Positions 1 to 13,790 of a stretch of DNA of 64,000 bases are shown here, piece by piece (within the stretch, counting starts at the first letter, position 1; every line of letters starts with the position of its first letter). Source of the stretch: the human T2T-CHM13v2.0 reference genome, Homo sapiens. Made by a program: the position numbers and the translations under genes. The stretch lies in assembly GCF_009914755.1 (NCBI RefSeq), contig NC_060936.1. One strand, written 5' to 3'. Below the pieces are notes generated by a model. The model ran no database searches. It was not told where the DNA came from and saw only the letters and a program-made list of their open reading frames with translations.

Positions 1-153
1 CTGGAAGGAGTCACCCGCTAGCTGACTATGAGACCAACGTAGAGGCTGCAATGTGATTTTTTTAATGGTACAGAATTCCTTGGAACAATTCTGTGTGAAT
101 CACTTGCAGCAAGGTTAAAGAATGTTTTATGAAACTGGATTTGTTTTATATGC

Positions 154-154
154 T

Positions 155-200
<46 letters not shown>
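154..200. repeat. (TG)n microsatellite
   Basis: Direct inspection. Confidence 0.97.
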
Positions 201-201
<1 letters not shown>

Positions 202-2257
202 GGGTCAGATATAAAACACGTTTCTGCAGGTCAAGGTCAGAAGCAGCGCCTGTCTCATGCACGCTGGTGTCCTCATCTTCCCAGTGTGAGAGGGCTGCTG
301 TGGCTTTTGCTGTCCCTCCATCACCTCCCACAATCAGTGTGCCCTGTGGATCGGTCATTTGTCCCCTCCATGACAATGACCTAACCGGATCCCTTGCCCT
401 GTCTCCATTGCCCACCTGCCCTCCTAACTGACCTCTCCTCTTGTCCCTGTGGCACTGCCAGAGTCATCTTACTCAAATGCAACATGGATGGGTCACTCTT
501 GCCTTCATTTCCAAAAAATAAAACAGGACCCTCCCTCCTGCCCCCGGCTCCCCTTTTGTTGTCCATCAGCCAGCACTTTGTGGCTTCTGTGCCCTGTGCC
601 AAGCAGCGGCCCCCTAGCTGGCTGAGAATGGCCTCAGGCCCTCCACTCTGCCACCTCTCATGGCCTCTGTACCTGCCTTGGCCTCTTGAGTCTGCCATTT
701 CCCAGCATGTCAGGGTGGCAGAGCTTGGGCTTTGGTGTTGGATTTCGACTTTAATGTAGGCTGTCTTTAAAAATTGGGGATAGCGTGTGTCCGGCGTGTG
801 GCTCCCAGTAAATACTTGAAAAATGGCAGCCATCGTTAGGAGGAGAGGTCCGGGGTCCGGCTTGGCTGTTCTCCCTGCCGATTACCCTTCCTCTGTCCTC
901 ATGCCAAGGAACTTCTTTCCTCACCCTCGCTGGGAAGTCTTTCTATTCTAACTTTCCCAGCCAGAACAAGGCCTTCCTCTGCACACCGGCAGCCTGTGGA
1001 GTCCTAGTCTCACTCTGCCTGATAAGATATTTGGTTGAAAACTGTATGAGAACAGGACCATGTCTTACTCATCTCTGAATTCCCCAAAGTGTCTTGGTAC
1101 CTGGACATACTCAGTCAGTGTGGAATGTTGATAGGGAAGGGAGGTGGGAACCAAGCTGATGGCCACGTCAGGTTCTTCATGGAGAGCTTTCTAGCTGCCA
1201 GGGCCCAAAATGATGACATGTGTGATAACTACCAATAAAAAGAAATGCAAGGCTGGTACAGGAGCTGAGGCACATGGGCCTGGCCAATCTCAAGGAAAGC
1301 CAGGCATTGTCTGGGTGCCCACCTGGGGCCTGCCCTGGGCAGCCAAGTAGACTCCAGCAAGCCTTCTGAAGGGAACAGAGATGTATTCCAGACAAGGGCT
1401 AGGCAGAACGCACAACTCCTGAACACCCAATGAACAACCAGAGAAGTTCTCTCTCAAATAAGAGATGATGGTGCAGCTTCAGGACAATAACCCCAGAACC
1501 GTTATGCCCATGGTTCATAATGCTGTGACTTATAATCAGCCAATATGGGGCCACAGGTCCCCAGATGCGCCCACACCAGGAATCTGGGATGGAGTCAGGA
1601 AGTATTACTTTCCAAATTGGACTTAAATAACAAAACATAGTCCTTACATCCTACAGTATTTCCTGTGTAAGTGGAAATGGCTGACTTATAAAATTAAAAC
1701 GTAAGGATGCAACCCACTAAAAATGCATGGCAAATTGTAATCTAAAAATGGAGGGTCAATTACAAAAGTAAGCAGCAGGAAAACAGATTCAGACAAAGGT
1801 GCTCACACTTGTCTGTCTACACTCTGCTAGTTCTTTACCTGGAATGGCCTGACTACCAAAAACTATTTCATAATACCTTTTATTCATAAGGCACTCACCA
1901 GGTGAGTCTGATGCAAAGATGAATGAAATGGACACGAATCAAGAGCTTCAGACTAGTTTGCATGGACAGGCAGGGAACACACAAACTCTCAGACATGGCT
2001 GGCTGAAAACCGGCACCTCCTACGGTGGTGGAAAGGAGTGGCAACCTAAAGCCCTGGCAGGCTGCATGAAAGAAGGCAGTGGACATGGCAGCGGGACAGC
2101 AGGGAGGGTCAAGGGCATTCCAGGGACACAACAGCACATGGGAATGTGAAAGACATTGAAATCCTGCCTGTTCTTCACGGCGCAGCCCTGAAGCTCTCCC
2201 TGGTGCCTCCAGCTGGAGTAAACTCTCTCAGCTGGGGCTCGCTTTTTGCTATTCTAG

Positions 2258-2261
<4 letters not shown>

Positions 2262-2304
<43 letters not shown>
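2262..2304. repeat. (TG)n microsatellite
   Basis: Direct inspection. Confidence 0.97.
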
Positions 2305-2307
<3 letters not shown>

Positions 2308-5111
2308 CTCCGTCACCCCCTCACCTGACAGCAGGATTCTAGGGGACAGAAATCCACTTCTGTCCCACAGCACCACACCATGTCCTGTTCACAGTTATTA
2401 TTCCATGCATATTTGCTGAAGGAATGTGTGAGGGAATGAATGACCCGAGTCTTCTGCTCCCTGGGAAAGTGCAGCGGGGTGCAGACAAGGCTTCTGACGA
2501 GGCTGGTCTTAATTCCTACAAACCTGTCCCATTCTCCTTCCTAATTCTAGGCTTATTCACCAACAACCCTGTGGTTTAGACCCTGGATTCTGAGAAGAGA
2601 GGTCCCTGAGAGCAAGGATGTGTATCCTGGACACTAGAAAAATGTATCCCCCTCCATAAATTACTAGCTTGATTTTTCTAGGATTTGTCACTCTGGCAGA
2701 AAATATCCATTCTCCCCGTCTTCTTTAGTTAGGCAGCCTGACTTTAATTATGGCAGCCATGTGCTCAGCGAAAAGACTACATTTCCCAGTAGCCCTTGCG
2801 GCAGGGACTGGCCAATGGAATGTGAGCAGAGCCGCTGGGAGGGACTTCCGGGAAGCGGGCCCAAGGCCTCCTGCCTCTTCCCCATCCTCGCTCTTGCGCT
2901 CTGGGAAGTGGACTCGAAGGCAGGAGCCCCTCCAGCTATGCTGGGATCGTGCGGATGGGGACAGGCTGGGCCCAGGCTGCCTTCATCCATTCTTTTATGA
3001 GAGAATAAACCTTTAGTTGTTTAAGCCACTTCTCTTCTGGCAGCAGAACACAATTCCTGGCTGATAGTTTCTTTTGAACTTTGTCAGGGCAAATCCCCGA
3101 CTCAAATACAGTCCCTGAACCTGCAAAGCGAAGGTCCAAACGTCGACGTGGGATGCCTTGTCGATTTAGGAGCCCCAGACCGCCCGTGGAGTGGCACCCA
3201 AAGCATAGCACGATGCAGGGGCCTGACCACCCCAGCCCCCCTTTCACGGGGGACAATTCACAAATAAGCAGTGGCCCGTGGGCTGCCTGAACTCCGGGGC
3301 TGGGTCAAAAGAGTCGAGGACCCCCCCTGCCTGGCCTTCGAGTCTGGAGGGAGGCCAGGAGGAGGAGGTCCTGTGAGCACCACCCAGAAGCCTGCGGGGG
3401 AAGCAGATGGGGGCAGAGGCAGGCGACCAAGTGATGAGAGGTTGGGTGGTCCCTCCCAGGCCTGGACTAATTTGCAGGGCTGTGGGAGGCTGTGCCCAGA
3501 GAGAAGGGGTGCTCTTGACTCTGATGACAGATGGAGTAAATGTCCCATGGCCTCCTTACCTGGGGACAGCCTCCGTTTCTTCTCTAAAGATGGGAGCTCA
3601 TCCTCCTAAGGGGTGTGGACACTCAAGTCCCTGTGTCTGGCTCGGGTCGGGATCAGTTTCCTTTTGTCTGCTCCTGGCTTGTGCAGCCTCACCTGCCCCT
3701 CCGTCCTCCAGGCTGCAGTCTCTTAAGGAGTGTTTTGGACACTCAGGGGTGCCTGGGAGGTACGTGGAGGAGCGGGGTGGGGGTGGGGCAGCACTGCACT
3801 CCCCAGAAAGCCACCTGAAGAGCCTGCCTCTGACCACGACAGGATTAATTCTATTCCTGGAGGGCCCAGTGGAGCAGGGCCATTTGGGACGCCAGGAAGG
3901 TAGAAGGAGCACCGCTGCCAGGGCATGTGGTGTCCCGGAAGATGGCCAAGGCAGGCTGCCCAGAGTGGAAAGGATGGCAACACGTGCCAGGCTGGGATAG
4001 TGACTTGAAGATGAGGAGCCTGGGCTGGGCGGGCCGCAGGCGGCAGGGAAGGTGAGAGGGATTCAGAGAAACAGGAGCCGAGGCCCAGAAAGGCATGCCT
4101 GATGCCCCCTGACGACAGAAAGGGATGCCCTGCTCTGAGGGCCTGCCTGGTCCGGCTCACTGGGCTGGGGTGTGGAGGGAGCAGGGTGCTGTGCTCTGAG
4201 AGATCCAGGTCCCTCAGGGAAAGGTGCTGGGATGGGGCCTCGGATTTTCTAGGCTGCAGTTGCTGCCCCTTGAAGATCCACTTTGAAGCTTCCATGGGTG
4301 GGTGCCGCCCAGAAGCAAATGACAGGAATCGGAGTCCCCAGATTCAGGGTGACAGATCCACTATAAATATTACAAAGCTCCACAAAGCCACTGTCATTGC
4401 CTGTCCCCAGCTGTCTGCTTCTCTTTCTAGGCCCCACATCGAGGGTTGCAATCTTGTCATCCATAACTCTTATAAGAATGAGCCCTGGCCTGGAAGAGAG
4501 GCCAAATGTCTAATCAGCAGGCCTGGAACACCGCCGGTGCCAAGAAAGAGCCAAGCAGCCACTCCCTGGGGCTGGCTGCAGATGAGGCCCTTGTGGTTTC
4601 CCCACTCACTGACTACGGGGAGGAGGGTGTGCAAGGACTTTGTCTGGGAAGAATCTTTGCATCTGTAGCTCAACAGGCTTCTCTCTCCAGGCCCCTGGGT
4701 AAGCCCTAGCAGGGACAAGGAGTCGCTGGAAGCCTTTGACATATTTGCCTAGTCAGGAAAGTGACAGCAGCCAGCTAAAGTGCATTGAGATCCACAGCAG
4801 CCAGGAGGCCTGGGGAGGGTTCTCAACCCACCATGCACCCAGTCACCTGGAGGGCCCCTTTGAGCAGACTGCCAGACCCCAACCCCAGAGTGCTTGAGTC
4901 CCTAGGTCTGGGGTGGGACCCTGGCAAATCTGCATCTCTAACAAGCTCCCAGATGCTGGGGCTTCTGTCCTTCAGCCACACTGGAGGCCTAGAGATAAGC
5001 AGGGAGGAGCAGTGAGGAATGAATGAGTTAGGGGAGGCCAGGCCCTGTGGCCCTCGATGGCACTTGTGTGTTTGGGGAAGAGGGGCAGGTTTGGGTCGGT
5101 TGGTGGGAGTT

Positions 5112-5622
5112 GGTGGTGGGCAGACTCTAAAGTGGTTCACAATGATCCCGGCCTCCTGGGAGTCCTGCCCTTGTGTAAGCCCCTCCTCTTGAGTATAGGT
5201 TGGACATAGTAACTTGTTTCTAGCAAGCAGAATATGGTAAAAGTGATGGGGTGTCGCTTCTGACATCAGGTTTCAAAAGACTGTGACTTCCACCTTGGTT
5301 TGCTCGGTCTGATGAAGGAACTTTGAGCTGTGAGCTGCACTGTGAACTTTGCTGTGAGCTGCCCTGTGATGGGAGAGGAGGCCTCCGCCTCACAGCCCTG
5401 GAGGACCTCAATGCTGCCAACGTGTGACCAGATGCAGATCCTTCTCCAGTCAAGCCTGGACATGACATGACAGCAGCCCTGGGGACCTTGATGCTGTGGC
5501 CTGTGCAAGACCCTGAGCCAGCCGCACCCAGATCCCTCACCCACAGAAACTGCCAGATTTTAAGTCTTCTGCTTGTAAGCCACTCTTTTTGCCATAGTTT
5601 GTGTGCAGCAATAGATAACTGC
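5112..5622 (+). mobile_element. MaLR solo LTR (MLT1 family)
   Basis: MLT1-type start (aatgatccc...cctcctgg...cccttgtgtaa) and end (gtttgtgtgcagcaatagataac). Confidence 0.8.
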
Positions 5623-6401
5623 TCTAGAGTTGTTAAATGAGTAAGTTTTTTTAAAAACAGCAAAAACAGATGGACGGACAGAGGGTCGGACAGCTGAACA
5701 AATGGCATTAGCCCCAGACTCTCCGCCGCCCTGTCTTCCACTCGTCTCCCAGTCTAGCGCCTGCTGCCTCCAGCCCTCACTCTCAGGCCAGTTCAGTTCT
5801 CCACACGGTTACCCAGTGTCTGCTGTGTGCCAGGCACCACACCAGGCAGGGTCTCTGGCCTAGTGCCCTCCCATAACCCGACACAGTTCAGGCTGCATGG
5901 TCAGAGCTGTCCAGAGTGAGGAAGGAGGAACTGGGCCCTGATCACAGTGGGGGAGCAAGGGTGAGCCAAGCACGGCGGGAGCGGGGGCCCCAGCAGGAGC
6001 CTCTAGAAGGTCAGTTCGTTTCTGCCCTGCTTCATTTCATGGAGGGTTTGGGATGGCATATAAAACTACACACGGGGTAAAAAGGTAATAGAATCATTGA
6101 GAAAATGGGGGTGAATGAGTTAAGTCAACAAATACATTATAAAATATAAATCTCTGAGTAATTGATTGCTACCACATCTAATCCAAACTTGTTCTTCACA
6201 GATTTTACAATCTGTGAAGACATGTGAGCAAATGTGGTCTGGACAGAATAGGACCAAAGTGGCCCAGTGGGTTATGAGAGGGTCCCTCGAGGGACCCTGG
6301 AGGGACCCTGGAGAGGCCACGTGCTCTCCAGCTTCTCTCAAGGCTGGGGTGGTTTCCCTCCAGGGCCGCCTCCCCGCACGGTTGTCCCGCTGCCTCTGGA
6401 G

Positions 6402-6716
6402 CAGGGGCTGGAAACTACAGCCCGTAGGCCAAGCCTGGCTCACTGTTGATTCATGTGAGCCCTTGATCTAAGACTGGCTTTTCCATTTTCAAGTGGTTGG
6501 GGAAAAAAAGTCAAAAGATTGATAACATCTCATGACACGTGAAATTTATATGAAATTCACATTTCAGTATTCAAAGGTTTTACTGGAGCAACGCCACCTG
6601 CATTTGCTCACAGATCGCCCATGGCTGCTTTCTTGCTACAACAGCAGGGCTGAGTCTCATGAAGCTCAAAACCAACATGTGCATCCGCCCCTTTAGGAAA
6701 CGCTCGCCTACCCCTG
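6402..6716. mobile_element. MER58B-like hAT MITE
   Basis: CAGGGG...CCCCTG termini, 8-bp TSD ctctggag/ctcttgag. Confidence 0.85.
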
Positions 6717-8418
6717 CTCTTGAGCTTGCTCTCAGGCTTGGCCATCCTCTCCCTCTGTCCTGCCACCTCCCATCCCAGTGTCCAGGATGCAAGCTCTCTC
6801 TGGGATGCCTTAGCCCATGCTCCGGCCCTTGAAAGCCAACACCACGGGAGGCCTGGGGACACGGTCAGTCTCAGTCACCCAGGGCGAGAGGGGTCGGAGC
6901 ACGAATGAGGGGGCATCAGTGATCCCAGAGCCTCACACCAACCACTGGTTTCAACTCTTATCATCACTGGTTTTCTCCCAGAACAACGGAAAAATACAAA
7001 GGTCCGGTGCTCTGTCTGGGGAGGAGTGAAATGACGAAAATGGGGCATGAAAGGGAGAAGGGGGAGGGTACCAGAGGCAGGCGCCCAGGTGACCGTGATG
7101 CTCAATTAGCTGTGTGTCCTGCAAAGCCCCGCCCACACTCCCACCAACAGGAAGTTGAACGAAACCATCTTTGGCTTCTCTACTCTTGTGGCTGAGAACT
7201 GCTGCTCGTTAAGTGGGTCATTTAAACACTACCCCAAGGAGTTAGATTTCATGACCCACTGGTGCCCCTTTGTCCTCACTTGCCCTCTTTCCCAAGTCTC
7301 CTTCCGACATCCCTGCTCCAGTTCCTGCCCTGTTCCGACGACTTCTTTGGATCCGAAGCCGCATCCCGGTCAGGCCAGACCACAGCCCTACCATGCGTGG
7401 AGGTGGCCTTGGCCACGACCTCTGCATCAGCCTCCACATCCCAGGAACTTAGAGCCCTCAGCTGGGGCTGGCTTAGACACTGTGTAGTCCAGCCCCCGGC
7501 GAGACACAGCTAATGGAAGTCGCTTGCCCACATCACGTTTCTAATTAGTAGCAAAGCTCACACAGAACCAAATACTATGCCCCTTTCCCCGAGGCTCAGG
7601 CAGGAGGCGGTTCTGATGCTTCTGCCTTGCTTCAAGGAAATACATCTGGTGAATATATCTGGATTTGCTTCAGGTTTGAATGGGCTTCTTTCTCAGTTTG
7701 ATTCCTGGCTAAAGGAATAATCCATTTTGAGGCCCCTTTTGGAGCCCAGCAAGTATAAAAATATTATTGTACTTTCTCTTTTTCCTTTCTGAGCACATGC
7801 TGGGTTCAGGGAGATACCCACAGCCAGCGGGGGCGGGGGGAGGATTAGGATGTGCAAGCCAGGCATTCAGGCGAGAAAGCATCGCGTCCATCCCCCATTT
7901 CTTCTCTGACACACCGAAGGCCGGGCGTGGTGGGTGAGAGTATAATTTTCCATAAGGTCCAGACAGGACAAGAACATGAAGTGGGGAAGCCATGTCTTCT
8001 GGGCCCCACAATGGTAGAAAGGCAGGCGGGGGTTGGGGAATGATCTGATAAGTGAGTGTGCTTGGATCCTTGTGGGGAGGCCCCGAGTGAGGCTGGGCCA
8101 GTGTGGCCAGGCAGGGCCCTGAGATGGGGTCACTGAGTGGCTCCTACCAGGCACGGGAGGAGGCCAGGCTAGTGACAGATAAAATGAAGAAGTAATATTT
8201 TCTCTGACTCCCTGAGTTGAAAAGTGCTCCAAATTCTGCCTTCTTGCTCTGTTGACTTTGGTGTCAGAACACCATGTTCTTCAGACCTTTCACCTGAATT
8301 GGCCCCGAACAGGGTTCCCTCCTGGGGCCGTGGGGCTCTCTTTAGCTGGAGTGGCTGCCCAATGTCTCCAGTCCTCCTGCCGCCCTCTCCCCCTCATTCT
8401 ATATCCCCAGTGACTCAC

Positions 8419-8481
8419 CTCTCGGGACCTCTTGGAGATCAGAATGAACCCGTTGTTGTCGATGACGAAGCAGTCCAGATC
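8419..8481 (-). CDS. CACNA2D4: CACNA2D4 exon 29 (63 nt) DLDCFVIDNNGFILISKRSRE
   Basis: ctcccag acceptor, AG|gtgagt donor; conserved alpha2delta 'IDNNGF' motif. Confidence 0.96.
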
Positions 8482-8683
8482 CTGGGAGGAAACCCAGAAG
8501 GGAGGTTATGCCAGGGCTCTCACCCACCCCAGTCCTCCAGCCTGTCCCCCAGCTCTGGAAGGCAGCGTGGGAGCTTCACTGCAGGGAAGGAGGGCATTTG
8601 GGAGAGGGAAGCTGGCCTGCCAGGAGGACCGGGCGGAGGGCCATGGCTCCCTCCTCCACCTTCCTCACACGGGCAGAACTTAC

Positions 8684-8728
8684 ACTGTCCTCGCAGCTCT
8701 GTGTGCACGGCCCATCCACAGTGCTGCA
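8684..8728 (-). CDS. CACNA2D4: CACNA2D4 exon 28 (45 nt) CSTVDGPCTQSCEDS
   Basis: cttccag acceptor, GT|gtaagt donor; phase 0-0. Confidence 0.95.
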
Positions 8729-8759
8729 CTGGAAGGAAGAGGAGAGACTGAATGTGGAC

Positions 8760-9030
8760 ACTGCATGTGTAGTAGAAATGGCACGTGTAAGTGGGAATGC
8801 TGTGTGTGTGGTACGTCTGCAGTGTGTGTGCATGTGTGCATGGGGTGTGTATCTGCACATGGAGGGCACCTGTGTGGGGTGTGGGTGTGGGATGTGTGTG
8901 TCGTATGTGGAGAGCACGTGTGTGAGGTGTGTGCATGTGTGTGTCTATGTGTGGGGTGTCTGTACGTGGAGGGCACATGCGTGTGGTGTGTGTTAGCATT
9001 GTGTGCGTGGTATGCATGTGGTATGTGGCC
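8760..9030. repeat. Degenerate TG-rich low-complexity tract
   Basis: Direct inspection. Confidence 0.9.
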
Positions 9031-9802
9031 TGCGGGTGCTGCATTCGGCAGGCCCTGGGTGGTGGAAGGGCCCAGGTAGCCCTTCTAGAGGTGCAGGCTC
9101 TGCAGCCCCCAGGCCTCGTTGCTGGTGTGGGGAGGGGACTTTGTGGGCTCTGTGGGGCTCCTGCACTGGCTGTCTGGTTGAGGCGGTGGGTGACCGCAGC
9201 CCCCTGCCCTCCATCCCTCTCGATTCACTCTTGGGCTCCCTGCCCTTGCCCAGAGTCAGGCGGCAGCAGCAAGTGATGGGGGCCGAGGGGCTCGGCGTTG
9301 CAGGAGATTGAGGCTGAGGGAGCTTGAGGGAGATGAAGGGGGCAGCTCAGAAGCCCAGAGGGACCTGAGGGCTCTGGGGAAGCAGAGGGGAAAGGAGCCA
9401 GTAGAACGGACAGGACGAGGCCAGGCAGAGCTGGGAATTCTCAGCCAGAAGCCGCTGTCGTCTCTGGCATCTCTTGCCAGCCATCAGGGCCTGGACCCCG
9501 GACCTTGGACGGTGGATCGAGGTGGCTCTCCCTTTTCAGCGGGGAGGCATGCCAGTGGCTTTGGAGTGGCGAGAAGGGGTGACTCTGGGTCGTGCCCTCA
9601 GCACTGGGCTGGCAGGGGCTGGGGACCAGCGCTGAGGCCCGGCCTGCAGGCTGGGGAGCTGAGGGGCTGAGAAGTGTAGGGGCCGGGAGGGCATCCTGAG
9701 AGCCTCAAGGCAGTGGAGCATCCAAGGGGAGGGAGAGGGGGTCTCACACCCAGGGGAGCGTGGTGAGTCCCCAGCCCCGACCTGGCCCGACATCACACCT
9801 AC

Positions 9803-9864
9803 CTGCCGCGTTGCCGCCCAGAATTTGCGCTGGAGGAATTCCAGCTTCATTTGGACGCCCGCGG
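9803..9864 (-). CDS. CACNA2D4: CACNA2D4 exon 27 (62 nt) AAGVQMKLEFLQRKFWAATRQ
   Basis: long polypyrimidine tract + ctgtag acceptor, AG|gtaggt donor; phase matches exon 26 across a 29,018-nt intron. Confidence 0.96.
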
Positions 9865-10254
9865 CTACAGGGCAGAAAGAGAGAGGGCAAGGCCAGGGAA
9901 GAGACGGGGAGAGAAAAAAATAGAGTCAAGTTAAAGAGAGGAGGTGCTTCCGCAGGAACTGAGGAGAGAGACCGCAGCGGATGGGAGGACTGAGTCAGAG
10001 GGCAGAGTGCAAACTGGGGTTTCTGGGGAGTGGGAGGGGTGGGGGAAGAACAGAGACGGCAGCCTCTCTCGTTCCCACTGGAAGAAGAGCGACAGAAAAT
10101 GCCCAGCAGTGATGAGGCTCCCATTCCAGAAAACAACGAGGGCAGATTCATCCTAGATCTCTGGGAACTCAAGGCCGGTGGATGGGACAGCTCAGTCTCC
10201 CCTTTCCCATAGATGGGAATATAGAGGCCAGAGAGACCCACCCTTTTGACCAAA

Positions 10255-10305
10255 TCACGTGACCAAGAGTGGCACCCTGGAATTCAGGGCCGTTGCCCTA
10301 GCAAC
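10255..10305. promoter_or_regulatory. Candidate enhancer: E-box TCACGTGAC (10255-10263) and RFX X-box GTTGCCCTAGCAAC (10292-10305)
   Basis: Two high-information motif matches 28 bp apart in apparently unique sequence; no functional data. Confidence 0.45.
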
Positions 10306-11349
10306 TCATGGGCTCCTTGGATCTTAACCTGGTGTAACCATTCCTTTCATACCCTCTGTCTGCTCAGGATCTTCCCTGCTTTATAAGGAGGCTCTTTTCC
10401 AGCTCAAAGCCAGGTTCGGGTTTGCCCAGGGCTGCAGGTGGGTTCCAGGAAACTACAGGCACCACCAGCTGGCAAATAGTTCTCTTTTGATGACTGTGCT
10501 TACAAGGGCCACCCCTGACTTTCTGGTTCCCAAATAGGCTTGGAGAACCCAAGCAGGTGCTCACATATCCAGAGAAATCTGGGACAAAGAGCTCCAGGAA
10601 AACTTGGGGCCAATGAATAGAAAGAAGAGGCAGGTTATATTGAAAAGAAGAAGAATTTCAAAACTAGGCCAGCTTCCTAGTGTCTGGTATAATAATATCA
10701 AAACTGCGCTGGGCGCTTAGAACGTGTCCAGCACCTCACATGCATGAGTGTATTGAATCCCACAGCAGGCCAGTCCTATTATTATTCTGACTTTCCAAGC
10801 TGAAGAAATGGAGACTTTTCAGAGTCACATGGCTTGCCCAAGTCACCAGCTTGTTAATCACAGAAGCAGGACTGCAGCCTGGGCCTGTCTCTCCCTGAAG
10901 CTGCCTCCTCTCTGGACCTGGACTGAGTCCTGGTGATCGGGAAGGAGCGGCGGGCACAGGCAAGCCGCTGTCTGCTCAGGCTCGGGTTTCCTCATCTGTG
11001 AAACGGGAACGGATGTGGCTTCTTAACCATTACGCTGTGTCCGTCACAGTCATTCTCACTTCTCGAGTACCCAGTTGGTGGGAGTTCCAGTATGGCACAG
11101 AGATACAGGATTGTGTTTTTGTTTTTTCACTCTGGAATGATCTTAGAGAAATTTGATGGGAAAAATGAGAGCAGGGAAGGGTCAAAGGCCAGAGGTCCAG
11201 CCCTGCATTTTCCAGGGTTGTGATCTTTGCGTTTCGTCTCCTCAGCTGCAAGATGAGTCACGGTTCTACTTCCCCTGGAAGGGCAGAAGTTGCATAAGAT
11301 TGTTGAGGCTCAAGCGAGATAATGTGTGAGGCTGTTACTCCAGACTAGA

Positions 11350-11730
11350 GCCTTGATTTTTAAACTTCAGCGTGCATCAGAATCGCCTGGAAGGTTTGTT
11401 AGAACCCCGCCCCCAGAGTTTCTCCTTCAGGGGGTCCAGGGTGGGCCTGAGAGTTTCTGAAGTGTTCCCAGGGGTTGCCGATGCTGCTAGTCCAGGCACT
11501 ATATTTAGGGAACCCCCGTCCTAAAGCCTCACCAATTGAATCTCCTAAGATGATGAAGATGGCCTACATCTGTGCTGTCCTAAACGGTAGCCAACAGCCA
11601 CACGTGGCTACTGAGAACTCGGAGTGTGGCTAGCACGCCTGAGGACCCGAATTTAAAAAACAGTTAATTTTAATTAACTTAAATTTAAATAGCCACGTAT
11701 GGTTGGTGGCCAGCGTTTTGGACAGTGTTG
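11350..11730. mobile_element. MER5A-like (11350-11520) and MER3-like (11570-11730) hAT MITEs
   Basis: gcatcagaatcgcctgg/ccccagagtttct motifs; tagccac...gtggcta palindromic ends. Confidence 0.75.
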
Positions 11731-12739
11731 TTCTAGAGCTCATCTGAGTTTGCAGATGAAGAAACCGAGGCTTTGAGAGGTACCTCCCCTCCCTTGGAGT
11801 CTCATGGCAATCCTGGGGTGGTGCTCCGGCTGGCTGGCCTTCTTGAACAGGTCCTGTGATATGGGAACATTTGAGTGCTTTGGGGGTGTCTTTGTTGCTT
11901 TGAGTTCCAGGTAGCTGAAAGGAGTGGGCTGGAAGGGGACGGGGAGACCCATTTGCTGGCTCATGACAAAGATGAGAGCTGCAGACACAGCGCACAGCGG
12001 CAGGTGAGGTGTGCTCAGGGCCTAGCATGGCTGTGCTCCTCCTCCCGCTCATGTGCCCCTCTAAGGTTGCGGGGACCCCTCGGTCTCTTCTCCTTCTTTT
12101 CCCTTATAAGACCACCCTAGACATTCATTTTAGACAGATTTCTTTCACCTGTAGGAAAAGGCTAAATGAAAGAGGATCATCAGAGCGAATCACGCTACTG
12201 CTCAGAATGACCAGCTCTTCGGGATTGAAGAAAGCTTCCTTCATCCTGTCCTTGGCCTCCGTGGTCAAAGAGGTCTCACATTATTCCTAGAATGAGACTC
12301 TGCCTTTCCATTTGATGGCTCAGTGTCAAGTCGCATAGAATCATGAGATTTCTGAGCTGGAAGGAATTCTACGATTCTAACATGGGGAGTCTGGAGAGGG
12401 TGGGGGTGTAGGTGTTGAGGCTCCTTGGGCAGAAATGGGGGGAGCAGGGCACAGAGCATATTTTCCCCCACTTGGTTCCATTCCAGGCTCCTCCAAGCCA
12501 AGCTGTGTGTCTTGCCCCGGGTGTCCTTTGCGAAATTTAGGGCATTGCAACCGCCTATTGGCATGTCATCTGCCCTTGGGTCACAGAGCGCTAATGAGTG
12601 CGTTTTACAATCCTCTTGTAAGACAAAAAAGTTCTGCAAGTCCCCACTCGACCCAAGAAGTCCAGCTGGCTTCAGCTCTCACTTTGAACTTAGCGTGTTC
12701 TCCCCCAGACCTGACCCTCCTTGAGACTTCTCCATTTCA

Positions 12740-13790
<1,051 letters not shown>

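Noticed and set aside
129-431. ORFs with VCVC/HTHT runs (also ~2146, 8432-9079, 14798-15112, 49652-49969)
   Set aside because: Translations of TG/CA microsatellites and low-complexity tracts.
1-8418. CACNA2D4 exon 30 (expected TGRFLGEVDG...)
   Set aside because: Not found; presumably lies before the window start, so 1-8418 is treated as intron 29.
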